Shown here piece after piece: positions 20,739 to 29,956 of a stretch of 64,000 bases of DNA. Under the pieces are notes generated by a model. The model ran no database searches and had not been told where the DNA came from. It saw only the letters and a program-made list of their open reading frames with translations. This DNA is from an uncultured Mycoplasmatota bacterium (lineage in GTDB: Bacteria > Bacillota_I > Bacilli_A > RF39 > UBA660): NCBI GenBank assembly GCA_947646095.1, contig CANSFI010000005.1, positions 6,703 to 70,702 on the forward strand, given 5' to 3'. How positions within the stretch are numbered: position 1 is the first letter of the stretch; the number at the start of each line of letters is the position of its first letter. Both the position numbers and the translations under genes were made by a program.

Positions 20739-21515
20739 ATGCCAGATTTAAGATTTTCTAATTATACTGATTTACTTGATGGTCAGTCTATAATTTATAT
20801 TTATGGGAAAGATAAAGAACTTGCAACCCAACAATTAAGTATAGTAAATGGAATTTGTAAAAATAAAAATCTTCCAATTTCCAAAGTCTATATGGATATT
20901 GGTGGTAGCAATAGACTTGATAATAAAATTAATCTAAAAAAATTAATTAATGAGAATAAAAACAATAATATCTTGGCTTCAAGTGTTTCAAGACTTACCA
21001 GAGATACTTTCGAGTTGTTAAATTTAAAGCATCTGTGTTATAAGAAAAATCTTAATGTTTTTGATTTAACTAATGATAGATTTATTTTTGATAAAAGTTT
21101 TGAAATGTTAGAAAATTTATTTTCAAAAGGAAGTGATGAAAACTTGCAAAGAAATTTGGATATTCTTTTAGTTAAGCCCAATAAATTACCAGTTAAAAAA
21201 ACTATTAGAAATACCCTAGAAGAAAAGGAAAAACTTGTTGGTGGTGATATTCAATATACATATTTAGAAAATTGTAATGATGTTGCCATTGTCTATAATG
21301 AAAATAGCAATAAGTTAAATTTGCCTATCAATAGGGATATAGGACATAGTGTTATTTCTGGGAATTTTTTTATTGTTGGTGATGATGCTGAACTTGGTGA
21401 AGATCGTTCTTTAACAAAAAAACAAATAGACAAATATACTAATTATTTTGGAAAAATATCTATTGAAAAAATAAATAAAATGAAAGATAAAAGTTATAAT
21501 GGCTTGTCTATGTAA
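20739..21515 (+). CDS. non-catalytic resolvase-like N-terminal domain plus DUF3846-like C-terminal domain
   Basis: IIYIYGKDKELATQQ replaces the YxRxSxxxQ catalytic serine motif. The C-terminal part VGGDIQYTYLEN...LPINRD...ISGNFFIVG resembles DUF3846 of conjugative elements. Confidence 0.45.
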   Translation: MPDLRFSNYTDLLDGQSIIYIYGKDKELATQQLSIVNGICKNKNLPISKVYMDIGGSNRLDNKINLKKLINENKNNNILASSVSRLTRDTFELLNLKHLCYKKNLNVFDLTNDRFIFDKSFEMLENLFSKGSDENLQRNLDILLVKPNKLPVKKTIRNTLEEKEKLVGGDIQYTYLENCNDVAIVYNENSNKLNLPINRDIGHSVISGNFFIVGDDAELGEDRSLTKKQIDKYTNYFGKISIEKINKMKDKSYNGLSM

Positions 21516-21527
21516 GGAGGTGATTAA

Positions 21528-21878
21528 ATGATGAATCAAATGATTATAGTAGGAAGATTAACAAAAGATCCAGAACTTAAAGAACTAGAAAATGGAACAA
21601 AAGTATCTAATATTACTTTGGCTGTTCCTAGAAGTTATAAAAATGCTGATGGTGTTTATGAAACAGATTTTATTAAATGTTCTTTATGGAAAAATATTGC
21701 TGAAAATACTGCCAACTATTGCCAAAAAGGTGATTTGGTAGGTATTAAAGGTCGTGTTCAAACAAGAGAAATCGAAACTGAAAATGGTAAGCATTCTGAA
21801 ATGGAATTAGTTGCTGAAAAGGTAACATTCTTATCAAGTTCAAAAGAAAAAGAAAAATCAGATCAAGTGGATATATAG
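21528..21878 (+). CDS. ssb: single-stranded DNA-binding protein
   Basis: MNQMIIVGRLTKDPELKELENGTKVSNITLAV...DFIKCSLW...GDLVGIKGRVQTR, the classical SSB OB-fold. Confidence 0.85.
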   Translation: MMNQMIIVGRLTKDPELKELENGTKVSNITLAVPRSYKNADGVYETDFIKCSLWKNIAENTANYCQKGDLVGIKGRVQTREIETENGKHSEMELVAEKVTFLSSSKEKEKSDQVDI

Positions 21879-22028
21879 TTTATGAAATTAAAAGCAAAGA
21901 AAAAAGAGTTAAATAATCCCCACGACTAAATAACTCTGTTGTCATTATATCACAACTCTTTGCTTTTTCATATTTTAAAAGGAGGATTGATATATTGAAA
22001 ACTATTATTTATTTAAGGAGAATGTTTA

Positions 22029-22340
22029 TTGCTTAAATTCGTAGGTAATTCCCTTTCTAAGTTAGGGAACTCTATGAATTTATTAGCAATTACAAAATTA
22101 GATGGTGGTAATTATAATATTGATTCAATATTAAAAGCCATCAAAACTGTTACTGACTGGTGCTTACGAGTTGGTATAGCACTTGCAGGTGTTTCCCTAG
22201 TTATAGGTTTTGTTATGTATGCAGTAGCAGATGTAGATAAAAAACAACAAGTAAAACAAAGAATTATACAAACTATGTTTGGTATCGTTGGTATTATATT
22301 AGCAATTTCTTTAGTAAATTTAATTATCAGTTTATTTTAG
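22029..22340 (+). CDS. VirB2/TrbC-like small membrane protein of the T4SS
   Basis: TTG start 7 nt after AAGGAGA. It has two TM segments at the C-terminus. Confidence 0.45.
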   Translation: MLKFVGNSLSKLGNSMNLLAITKLDGGNYNIDSILKAIKTVTDWCLRVGIALAGVSLVIGFVMYAVADVDKKQQVKQRIIQTMFGIVGIILAISLVNLIISLF

Positions 22341-22700
22341 GTGATAATTATGTTAGAATTAAAATGTGATTTGAATAGCATAAGAGAAAAATATAGTAGT
22401 AAACAAGAGAATCAAGATAATATATATAATTATTATCATGAAATGCTTGATACTATATATGCTTATGCAGATAATATCGGTGATAAAGATTTTAGAAATA
22501 CTATACCCATTCCTAGTATTGCTTTAGCAACTGAAATTTTTGGTGAAGATTATTTAGATAATCATAAGTCAGATGATTTATATTTACTTACTGGTGAACA
22601 TACTGTATCTTTATTAAATTATAATAGTATTAGTGATTTAATAGATAATTCTATTTCCTATTTTTCAAAAGAAAAAGATAAGGACTTTGATATATGTTAA
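22341..22700 (+). CDS. hypothetical protein
   Basis: ORF that abuts the gene upstream and overlaps the one downstream within the T4SS operon. Confidence 0.45.
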   Translation: MIIMLELKCDLNSIREKYSSKQENQDNIYNYYHEMLDTIYAYADNIGDKDFRNTIPIPSIALATEIFGEDYLDNHKSDDLYLLTGEHTVSLLNYNSISDLIDNSISYFSKEKDKDFDIC

Positions 22701-24070
22701 GTGCCTTAGATTTACTTAGAAGATTAGGTTGGGCAGTCATTGATTTTATATATAATTTAATTGATACTTTATTCAATATAATTAGAGAAATTAATTTGTA
22801 TGATATAGTTGATAGTGTTTCTAATAATTCCATATTTTCTAATTTCCATTCTGGAATAATTGCTATTGCTATAACCTTACTTGCTTTATTTATAGTATGG
22901 AAGTTTGTTATGAAAATACTAGAGCCAGATGATGGTTTATCTACTAATCAAATTGTTATGGAAATTGTAAAATGTAGTGTGCTTGTGCTTATGAGTGTTT
23001 TCTTGTTTTCACAAGCCAACTCCTTTTCCATGAAACTTAGTGGTTATACTTCATCTGTATTTACTAATAATGGTATAACCATTTCTGATTCCATGCTTGG
23101 TATGTATATTACCCATTCTGATGGCTATAAAAATAGTGATGAATTTAAAAATGAAAATATAATTGATAATCTAAAAAATGATAATTTTACTAAAAAGAGA
23201 ATGTTTAATGATAAATATGTTACTTCTAAAAAGTGGATACTTCCAGATGAAAAAGATTATAAATATTCTATTAATTGGTTAATGGCTATTATTGTAGGTG
23301 GCTTTTTTTTATATGCTTTATTTTTTAGTGGCATGATGGTGGCTCGTAGACAAATAGAATTTTTGTTTTTGTTTATCATAAGCCCCATTGTTTTTGCCAC
23401 TTCAATAGGTAATAAACAAAGAAGATCTGCAGTCATAGAACAATTAGTATCTTTGATTTTACAAGGTGCAGTGGTAATGATGATAATAGGTATTACTGTA
23501 ATAGTTATGCAGTCTATAAATAGTACCACTTTCTTTGCTAATTCTAATTTTAAAGATATGGCTTTAAAATCATTAATGTTTATTGGCTGTGGTACTTTCC
23601 TACTTACTGGATCACAAGTAATCAACAGATTTATAGGTGCAAATGTATCTGCTAATTCTGGTCGTGAACAACTTATGAGTTTAATGAGTTATGGAAATGC
23701 CATGTCTAGTGCTACCCATATAGGTGGAAATGCCTTATCTGGTGCTGGTGCTTTTGGCTTAGGTGTTGGAGCATCTGCAGTTGGAAAACTTGGTGGTAAT
23801 AAAGTCGTTAATAAAGTTGGTAATGCTATTTCTAAATTTGGAAGTAACTTTAAAGATAAAAGTTCTTCTGCTAGTAACCCTATTGCTAGTAAACTGGGTA
23901 GTGGTATAGGAAATACCATTGAAAAATTTGGTGGTAAAGTTAAAAATGCCACTCCATCACATATTGGTAAAAATTTACGAAGTCATGGTCGTGAAAATAT
24001 GGGTGAAGCAGTAAGATCTATAATGCCACAAAGAAATATGTATCGTAACAGATATAGAACAAGGATGTGA
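22694..24070 (+). CDS. VirB6/TrbL-like polytopic membrane protein
   Basis: Multiple TM segments, then a Gly/Ser/Asn-rich tail. It sits upstream of the PrgI-like and VirB4 genes. Confidence 0.6.
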   Translation: MLSALDLLRRLGWAVIDFIYNLIDTLFNIIREINLYDIVDSVSNNSIFSNFHSGIIAIAITLLALFIVWKFVMKILEPDDGLSTNQIVMEIVKCSVLVLMSVFLFSQANSFSMKLSGYTSSVFTNNGITISDSMLGMYITHSDGYKNSDEFKNENIIDNLKNDNFTKKRMFNDKYVTSKKWILPDEKDYKYSINWLMAIIVGGFFLYALFFSGMMVARRQIEFLFLFIISPIVFATSIGNKQRRSAVIEQLVSLILQGAVVMMIIGITVIVMQSINSTTFFANSNFKDMALKSLMFIGCGTFLLTGSQVINRFIGANVSANSGREQLMSLMSYGNAMSSATHIGGNALSGAGAFGLGVGASAVGKLGGNKVVNKVGNAISKFGSNFKDKSSSASNPIASKLGSGIGNTIEKFGGKVKNATPSHIGKNLRSHGRENMGEAVRSIMPQRNMYRNRYRTRM

Positions 24071-24074
24071 TAGT

Positions 24075-24386
24075 TTGTATATAACAATTAAAAGTATTAA
24101 AAAAACTTTAGGTAAATATATAGAAATGACAGATTTATATTTAGGACTTCCCATGCTTATGATTTTTTTAGTATTGTTTGCCTTTACTAATTTAAAAATC
24201 GTTGCTTTAGTTTTCCTATCTATCTGTTTATTTCTTCTTATTCCTATTAATCTATCAAAGAAGAATCGTATATATAAAATTATGATTCTTCTAATAGAAT
24301 ATATTTTTAAAAATAAAAATTATTGTTTCTTTAATGAAGAAGTTAAAGAAAGCAAAATAAAACAATTCAGTAAATATTTAAAATGA
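24075..24386 (+). CDS. PrgI/VirB3-like small membrane protein
   Basis: Two TM segments, immediately upstream of VirB4. Confidence 0.5.
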   Translation: MYITIKSIKKTLGKYIEMTDLYLGLPMLMIFLVLFAFTNLKIVALVFLSICLFLLIPINLSKKNRIYKIMILLIEYIFKNKNYCFFNEEVKESKIKQFSKYLK

Positions 24387-24507
24387 AAGTGATGGTGATA
24401 ATATCGGGTTATTCCCTAAAGAGAAAAAAACAAATAAAGATAAAGTTTTAGATAAAGAAAAGAAAAAACTTGAAAAACAACAACCTAAATTTGTAATAAA
24501 AAAACGA

Positions 24508-26865
24508 ATGAAAAGTAGAATAAAAAATTCTCAAATATTTTCAAATGTTAAGTCTGTTGCAGATGATGGTTTAATAGAATTAAAAACTGGTGAAGTAGCA
24601 TCTTTAATTGAAGTTAAAGCCATAGATTTGTCTTTAACTAGTAAGTCAGAAAAGCAAAATTTCTTCTATGCTTTAAAAAGTCTTTACCAGATAAAAGGTC
24701 TTGTGTTAAAATGTTATAAATTAGATCAAAAGATTAATCTTAATAACAATAAAATTAATTTAGAAGATTTAATTTCATATTTTGAAAGTGATTTAAAAAA
24801 ACATAAATTACTTGAAGAAAGCAAAAGATTAATTGAAGAACTAGAAGATAATCACTACACTATATCTAGTGTATACTATCTAGTTGTAATTGCTAAAGAC
24901 TTAAATATATTAGAAAAACAACTTGATGAAATAGAAGATATTATTTCTAATATAACACCTAGAATCAATATGGAAGTGATAGATAATAGATTAGAAATAT
25001 ATAAGTTTTTAACTAATTTATATATGAATCAAAAATCACTTGATGATCTTATATGGAGTGATTTACCATCTTTAATATCACCCCTTAATTTACAAGAAAA
25101 GGCTAATTCATTAAAACTTGATGATAAAGATATTCAAATGGTAACAATAAAAAATATTCCACCATTCGTAGATGAATTATTTTTTGAAGAAGTCTTTAAT
25201 GTTCCAGATGTGATGGCTTGTATAAGTATTAAGGATGCTATTAGTCAAGATGAGTTAATTCGTTGGGTAAATTCACAGTATCAATTTTTACTTAGTGATC
25301 GTAACACTACTAGAAAATTAAGTGATGCTACTGAACTTGATACTCAAAAGGAAAACTTTCAACAATTAATGTTAGAAATAAAAAATGGTGATGAAAAGAT
25401 AAAAGAAGTATCTCTTACTCTTATCATTACTGGTACAAAAAAAGAAAGAGATAATACTTTTAGAGAATTAAAAAGACTTGTGGATAGATACCAGATAAAA
25501 CTTGATATTCCAAAATTAAGACAAATGGAGTGTTGGCAAAACTTTGATATTACTTCCACTTCTTTAAATGATTATTCTATCTTTTTACCTACTTTAACAT
25601 TAAGTGCAGGTTTTCCATTTACAAAAACTTATTTTAACGATTCTAAAGGTTATATGTTAGGAGTTGATTTACATACTTCACTACCTATATTCTTTGATCC
25701 ATTTACTTTAAATAATCAAAGAACTTCCCATAACCTAGCCATAGTATCATCTACTGGTGGTGGTAAAAGTTTTACCATGAAAAAAATGATTATCAATGAG
25801 TTTGCTCGTGGTACTAAAATTTTTATCTGGGATGCTGAAAATGAATATAAAAAATTAGTTGAAGCAAATGGTGGTGAATATATAGATCTCTACTCTAAAA
25901 AGGGTGGTATTATTAACCCTTTACAGATTAGATATATTCCTAGTGATGATGAAGATAAAGAAACAAAAGAAACAGATTGTCCTTTGGCTAAACATTTAGG
26001 TTTTCTGGAGGCATTCTTCAAAACTGCTTTTGAAAGCATAACAGAAAAAGAATTAGTTATGCTACTAGCAGTAGTGGAATCTTTATATAATACAAAAGGT
26101 ATATTTAAAAATACTTCCATTAATACACTACAAAGTCTAAAACCTACTGACTACCCAATTTTTAGTGAATTATATGAGTATTTACCAGTTTATAAAAAAG
26201 AATTACAAAGTAATGAGAAAAAGAAATTAATCGATCAATTAGAAATACTTGTTTCAAGATTTTTAACTGGAACTGATTCCTTTCTATTCGATGGTCATAC
26301 CAATATTGACTTATCAAATGATCTCATTGCTTTTAATTTGCAAGAATTATTATATAGTGGAAATCAAAGACTGATTAATACCCAAGTTTTAAATCTACTA
26401 ACATATTTGAATAATAGCATTGTTGCTAATAAAATTCAAAATGAAAAATCTGATAAGAAAAAACATATTAGTATTATAGTTGATGAATTCCATTTATTTA
26501 TAGATGAAAAGAATAATGAAGTATTAAAAAATTTTGGACAACTTGCTCGTAGAGTTCGTAAGTATTCTACTAATTTAATTGTGAGTACCCAAAGTGTAAA
26601 AGATTTTGTTGGTAATGCTAGTGTATTAAGACACGCTACTGCAATTTTCAATAATTGCCAGTACACTATGATAGGTATGTTAAAAGAAGATGATCTACTT
26701 GCTTACCTAGAGTTATTTAAAAATAACCCACTAACTGACACCCAAAAAGCATTTTTACTATCTGCTAAACGAGGTGAATTTCTTTTAAATGTAGATAATA
26801 AAAATAGACTTAGAGTTTGGATTCGTGCTACTGAATTAGAAAGAACTATGATGGGTGAAAATTGA
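24508..26865 (+). CDS. VirB4-family conjugative ATPase
   Basis: Walker A SSTGGGKSF, Walker B IIVDEFH, 785 aa. Confidence 0.85.
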   Translation: MKSRIKNSQIFSNVKSVADDGLIELKTGEVASLIEVKAIDLSLTSKSEKQNFFYALKSLYQIKGLVLKCYKLDQKINLNNNKINLEDLISYFESDLKKHKLLEESKRLIEELEDNHYTISSVYYLVVIAKDLNILEKQLDEIEDIISNITPRINMEVIDNRLEIYKFLTNLYMNQKSLDDLIWSDLPSLISPLNLQEKANSLKLDDKDIQMVTIKNIPPFVDELFFEEVFNVPDVMACISIKDAISQDELIRWVNSQYQFLLSDRNTTRKLSDATELDTQKENFQQLMLEIKNGDEKIKEVSLTLIITGTKKERDNTFRELKRLVDRYQIKLDIPKLRQMECWQNFDITSTSLNDYSIFLPTLTLSAGFPFTKTYFNDSKGYMLGVDLHTSLPIFFDPFTLNNQRTSHNLAIVSSTGGGKSFTMKKMIINEFARGTKIFIWDAENEYKKLVEANGGEYIDLYSKKGGIINPLQIRYIPSDDEDKETKETDCPLAKHLGFLEAFFKTAFESITEKELVMLLAVVESLYNTKGIFKNTSINTLQSLKPTDYPIFSELYEYLPVYKKELQSNEKKKLIDQLEILVSRFLTGTDSFLFDGHTNIDLSNDLIAFNLQELLYSGNQRLINTQVLNLLTYLNNSIVANKIQNEKSDKKKHISIIVDEFHLFIDEKNNEVLKNFGQLARRVRKYSTNLIVSTQSVKDFVGNASVLRHATAIFNNCQYTMIGMLKEDDLLAYLELFKNNPLTDTQKAFLLSAKRGEFLLNVDNKNRLRVWIRATELERTMMGEN

Positions 26866-27470
26866 TGAATATTCAAGATAGATTTAACAACTTATCAAGT
26901 TCTATATATAATTTTATATGTGATTATCGTAAATATTGTAAATGGTATTTTTATGATAATGAAATACCAGATTTAGATAGTTTGAAAAATAAATTAAATG
27001 ATGAAGATAAAGGCATAGATTTTATGAGTGATTTATCAGATATGTTTCGTCATTTTGTTTTGGAAAATGATTTTGCCAACACAAAGGAAGAAAAATTTTT
27101 TGATACTTTATGTTCTATATTTAAAGAATATAATATTTATCTAAATTCTTATGAAAAGGATTATAAAGTTAGTGAATTAACAGATGATCTAGTTAAATAT
27201 GTAAAGGAATCAGATCCTTATGAATATAGAAATAATTATACAAATGATGAAGATGCTTTTAAGTCCATAAAAAATTGTCTATATACTACTTCTGGAGTTG
27301 ATGCTATTAGAAATCATTTAAACTCTGATATAGAACATTATGCAACAGATAGTGATTTAACTAATAATGATATTTTAAATTATTTAAAAAATGCTAGTGA
27401 TTTATTAATTAGAGTAAATGAGTATTATAAAGAATTAACAAAAGAAAATTCAAATGAAATGGATATGTAA
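26862..27470 (+). CDS. hypothetical acidic protein
   Basis: Overlaps the VirB4 stop codon (ATGA). Confidence 0.5.
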   Translation: MMNIQDRFNNLSSSIYNFICDYRKYCKWYFYDNEIPDLDSLKNKLNDEDKGIDFMSDLSDMFRHFVLENDFANTKEEKFFDTLCSIFKEYNIYLNSYEKDYKVSELTDDLVKYVKESDPYEYRNNYTNDEDAFKSIKNCLYTTSGVDAIRNHLNSDIEHYATDSDLTNNDILNYLKNASDLLIRVNEYYKELTKENSNEMDM

Positions 27471-27473
27471 TCT

Positions 27474-28406
27474 TTGAAAAAGAAAATATTATCTATTCTT
27501 TTAGGTTCTACTGGCTTCTTAGTTATAATTGCTATTATAATTTTAGTTCCAGTATTAATGATCATGGACTTCTTTGGTGCTAATATCACAGATGGTTATA
27601 TTGAAAATAATAGTCAATATGCAGAACAATATACTAAGGTTGCTAATAAAAATATAAAAGCAAAAAATGGTTATGTTTCATTAGAAAGAATTTTATATTT
27701 TTATCTTGCTGATAACTCTTTAACTTTTGATGAAATATATACTGATAATTTAGATAAGGAATCAAAAAAATTACTTCCTATTAGTGATGTGTGTACGATT
27801 CAAAAATATAAAATTTTGGAAGTTTGTAAAAACGAAAATATATCTTCTAGTGGGCAGATAAATGAAGAACAAGCAAAACCTTTTGCTCCACCAATAGAAT
27901 TTTCTAGTTCTACCATAACTAGTTTTTTTTTCGAAGAAAGAGTTATTTATGGGGAAGCAAATGTGCATAAAGCATGGGATATTGCTAACTCTGAACAGAC
28001 ACCAGTTTATTCAACTTGTGATGGAAAAGTTGAAAGTGTTTCTTTTCCATATAGTCAAAATAAAATTGATACAAGTGATAAACAAGGTGGTAATAATATA
28101 AAAATTTCATGTGAAATAAATGACTTAAAATATGTTGTTTTTTATGGGCATCTATTTCCAAACAGTTCTAAAGTTTTAGTTGGTGATACTGTTTCAAAAG
28201 GACAAGTTATTGCTAGTGTAGGTACTACTGGTTATTCAACTGGTAATCATTTACACTATCAAGTTTCATTGGATGGTCAAGTTGTAGATGGTATGAGTTT
28301 AATAGATTTTAATTATGAATTAGATAATTCAAAACCTACATATAACCCACCATCTTTATTAGAAAATAATAATTTTAATAATTTGACACCATCCTATAAA
28401 AATTAA
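27474..28406 (+). CDS. membrane-anchored M23-family peptidoglycan hydrolase
   Basis: N-terminal TM segment and M23 metal-site motifs (HKAWDI, GYSTGNHLHYQV). Confidence 0.75.
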   Translation: MKKKILSILLGSTGFLVIIAIIILVPVLMIMDFFGANITDGYIENNSQYAEQYTKVANKNIKAKNGYVSLERILYFYLADNSLTFDEIYTDNLDKESKKLLPISDVCTIQKYKILEVCKNENISSSGQINEEQAKPFAPPIEFSSSTITSFFFEERVIYGEANVHKAWDIANSEQTPVYSTCDGKVESVSFPYSQNKIDTSDKQGGNNIKISCEINDLKYVVFYGHLFPNSSKVLVGDTVSKGQVIASVGTTGYSTGNHLHYQVSLDGQVVDGMSLIDFNYELDNSKPTYNPPSLLENNNFNNLTPSYKN

Positions 28407-28421
28407 CAAAAATAAAAATTT

Positions 28422-28637
28422 AGGATGATAAGCCATATAAAAAAAGCCCCTAAAAATAAGGAATAAAAAAGGTATTAACCTTTATATCAACCTACAAAGT
28501 AGGATGAATTTTGCAAGTGCAAAATCAGTCTTACACAACACTAAACCCTTATGAAATAAGGAAAAATTTGGTGGTGGTGTGTAAGTTTCTTATCCTGCTT
28601 TTTTATATACTGCCATGTTTTAGGGGCTTATCATCCT
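28422..28637. other. ~215-nt nested inverted-repeat structure (candidate oriT, ssDNA promoter, ssi or ncRNA)
   Basis: The outer helix pairs AGGATGATAAGCC[12-nt bulge]CCCCTAAAA (28422-28455) with TTTTAGGGGCTTATCATCCT (28618-28637). The inner helix pairs 28530-28541 with 28574-28585 at 11 of 12 positions. The apical hairpin is CCTTAT-GAA-ATAAGG (28547-28561). Side hairpins lie at 28491-28503 and 28509-28524. Confidence 0.6.
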
Positions 28638-28656
28638 ATCAAGATAAGGAGGACAA

Positions 28657-28821
28657 ATGAGAAGATTTGATTTTTGGTTACCTATTGATTTATTTAATAG
28701 GATTAAATTAATGGCTCAATTCTATGGAATCCATATATCAAAAATGATGGTACAACTTTTAGAAATGGGCTATATAGATATGTTAAAAGGAGGTTATGAT
28801 AATGAAGTTATCAATAAATAA
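28657..28821 (+). CDS. small ribbon-helix-helix-like protein (54 aa)
   Basis: Below the ORF-track cutoff. AAGGAGGA sits 6 nt upstream. Product MRRFDFWLPIDLFNRIKLMAQFYGIHISKMMVQLLEMGYIDMLKGGYDNEVINK. Confidence 0.45.
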   Translation: MRRFDFWLPIDLFNRIKLMAQFYGIHISKMMVQLLEMGYIDMLKGGYDNEVINK

Positions 28822-29251
28822 ATTAATTGCAAATGATATAATAAATTATGGTATGGATCAAATAATGGAAATGGAAGATGGCAATGGTGCTAACTACATT
28901 GTTTCACTTGATACATACTTAAAAGATTTTGATGAAGATACTAAAAAATATATTTTGGAAAATTTAGATAAAATAATTGAAGATATAGAAGCAAGTGAAT
29001 GTGTACTTGATTTAGAAGTAGAGAAAGAAAAAAATAATGTAGATTTAAACATGATTTTTTATTGGGAAAATTTACTTACAGAAGTGGATAAAAAAATCGA
29101 TGCTACTGCTAAAAGTTTAGGTATAGAAATGGACTTGAAAGATATTAAGGAAATGTCTGCTGATATTTTGGATGATGATGAATTTAATGATGATTTAATA
29201 AACAAAATAAAATACTTTGCTAATGATCATGAACAGGAGTTAAACTATTAA
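28796..29251 (+). CDS. highly acidic hypothetical protein
   Basis: By my count, 39 Asp/Glu against 15 Lys and no Arg in 151 aa. SD AAAGGAGG lies upstream. Confidence 0.5.
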   Translation: MIMKLSINKLIANDIINYGMDQIMEMEDGNGANYIVSLDTYLKDFDEDTKKYILENLDKIIEDIEASECVLDLEVEKEKNNVDLNMIFYWENLLTEVDKKIDATAKSLGIEMDLKDIKEMSADILDDDEFNDDLINKIKYFANDHEQELNY

Positions 29252-29652
29252 TGAAAGTTCGATTATATACTGATAATGAAATCAAAATATTAAAACAAAG
29301 TATTTTTGTCAGAAATATAAAATATAAAAGAGAAATAGAATATGATCCAATTTTTAAATTATGGACTATCATGTTGAGATATGATATGCCAGAACTATCT
29401 GCAAGGGAAATTTTTGCTCGTGGTGGTTTTGACATAAATATTCTTCATAAAAAATTACCCCAAAGAAGAATTAAAGACTGGGTAGATAATTATAAAAAAT
29501 TTGGTATCAGATATTTCTTACCAGAAGATGAGTATTACCAAAGTATTACTTATATTAAAAATAATGAAGTTGTCTATGATTCTATGAAAATGCAACTTTT
29601 AGATTATGTTCTAAAAAGACTAAAGGAAATAGATTTTAATGACAATAGATAA
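29251..29652 (+). CDS. HTH-domain protein
   Basis: ORF whose start abuts the upstream gene (TAATG) and whose 3' end overlaps the next gene; transposase-OrfA-like HTH region SAREIFARGGFD. Confidence 0.45.
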   Translation: MKVRLYTDNEIKILKQSIFVRNIKYKREIEYDPIFKLWTIMLRYDMPELSAREIFARGGFDINILHKKLPQRRIKDWVDNYKKFGIRYFLPEDEYYQSITYIKNNEVVYDSMKMQLLDYVLKRLKEIDFNDNR

Positions 29653-29956
29653 GCATATTTATTTTACCAATGAAGAATATGCTCGTATAAAAGAATATGC
29701 TTGTAAAAATAGTTTATCTTTTTCTAAAGCAGTATGTAGTTTATGCATCTCTGCTTTAAATGGTACAGAGATTTTAGATAGAATTAATAAGTTAGAAAAA
29801 AGTATTGAATATATTATCAAAAAGCAACAAGTTCTTCATTTGTTGGAAGAACAAATATATTCAGATATGGACTTTGAAAATGTTTCAGATCCTAAAAAAA
29901 GTAAACCTTTAAATGAATTTAATAAAAGGATAAGAAACAATTTTATAAATGACTAA
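29639..29956 (+). CDS. MobC-like relaxosome accessory protein
   Basis: FTNEEYARIKEYACKNSLSFSKAVCSL is a ribbon-helix-helix mobilisation-protein pattern. It lies directly upstream of the relaxase. Confidence 0.55.
   Translation: MTIDKHIYFTNEEYARIKEYACKNSLSFSKAVCSLCISALNGTEILDRINKLEKSIEYIIKKQQVLHLLEEQIYSDMDFENVSDPKKSKPLNEFNKRIRNNFIND

Noticed and set aside
21880-21990. Structured element or terminator after ssb (AAGCAAAGA...AACTCTTTGCTTTTT)
   Set aside because: Several alternative weak pairings are possible, with bulges and short 5-7 bp stems. This is probably just the ssb terminator and the T4SS promoter region, and is not distinctive enough to call.
24382-24507. N-terminal extension of VirB4, or fusion with the upstream PrgI-like gene
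   Set aside because: The frame is open from 24382 but has no ATG, GTG or TTG and no SD before 24508. It is in a different frame from the PrgI-like gene. The Lys-rich translation may simply reflect AT-rich sequence.
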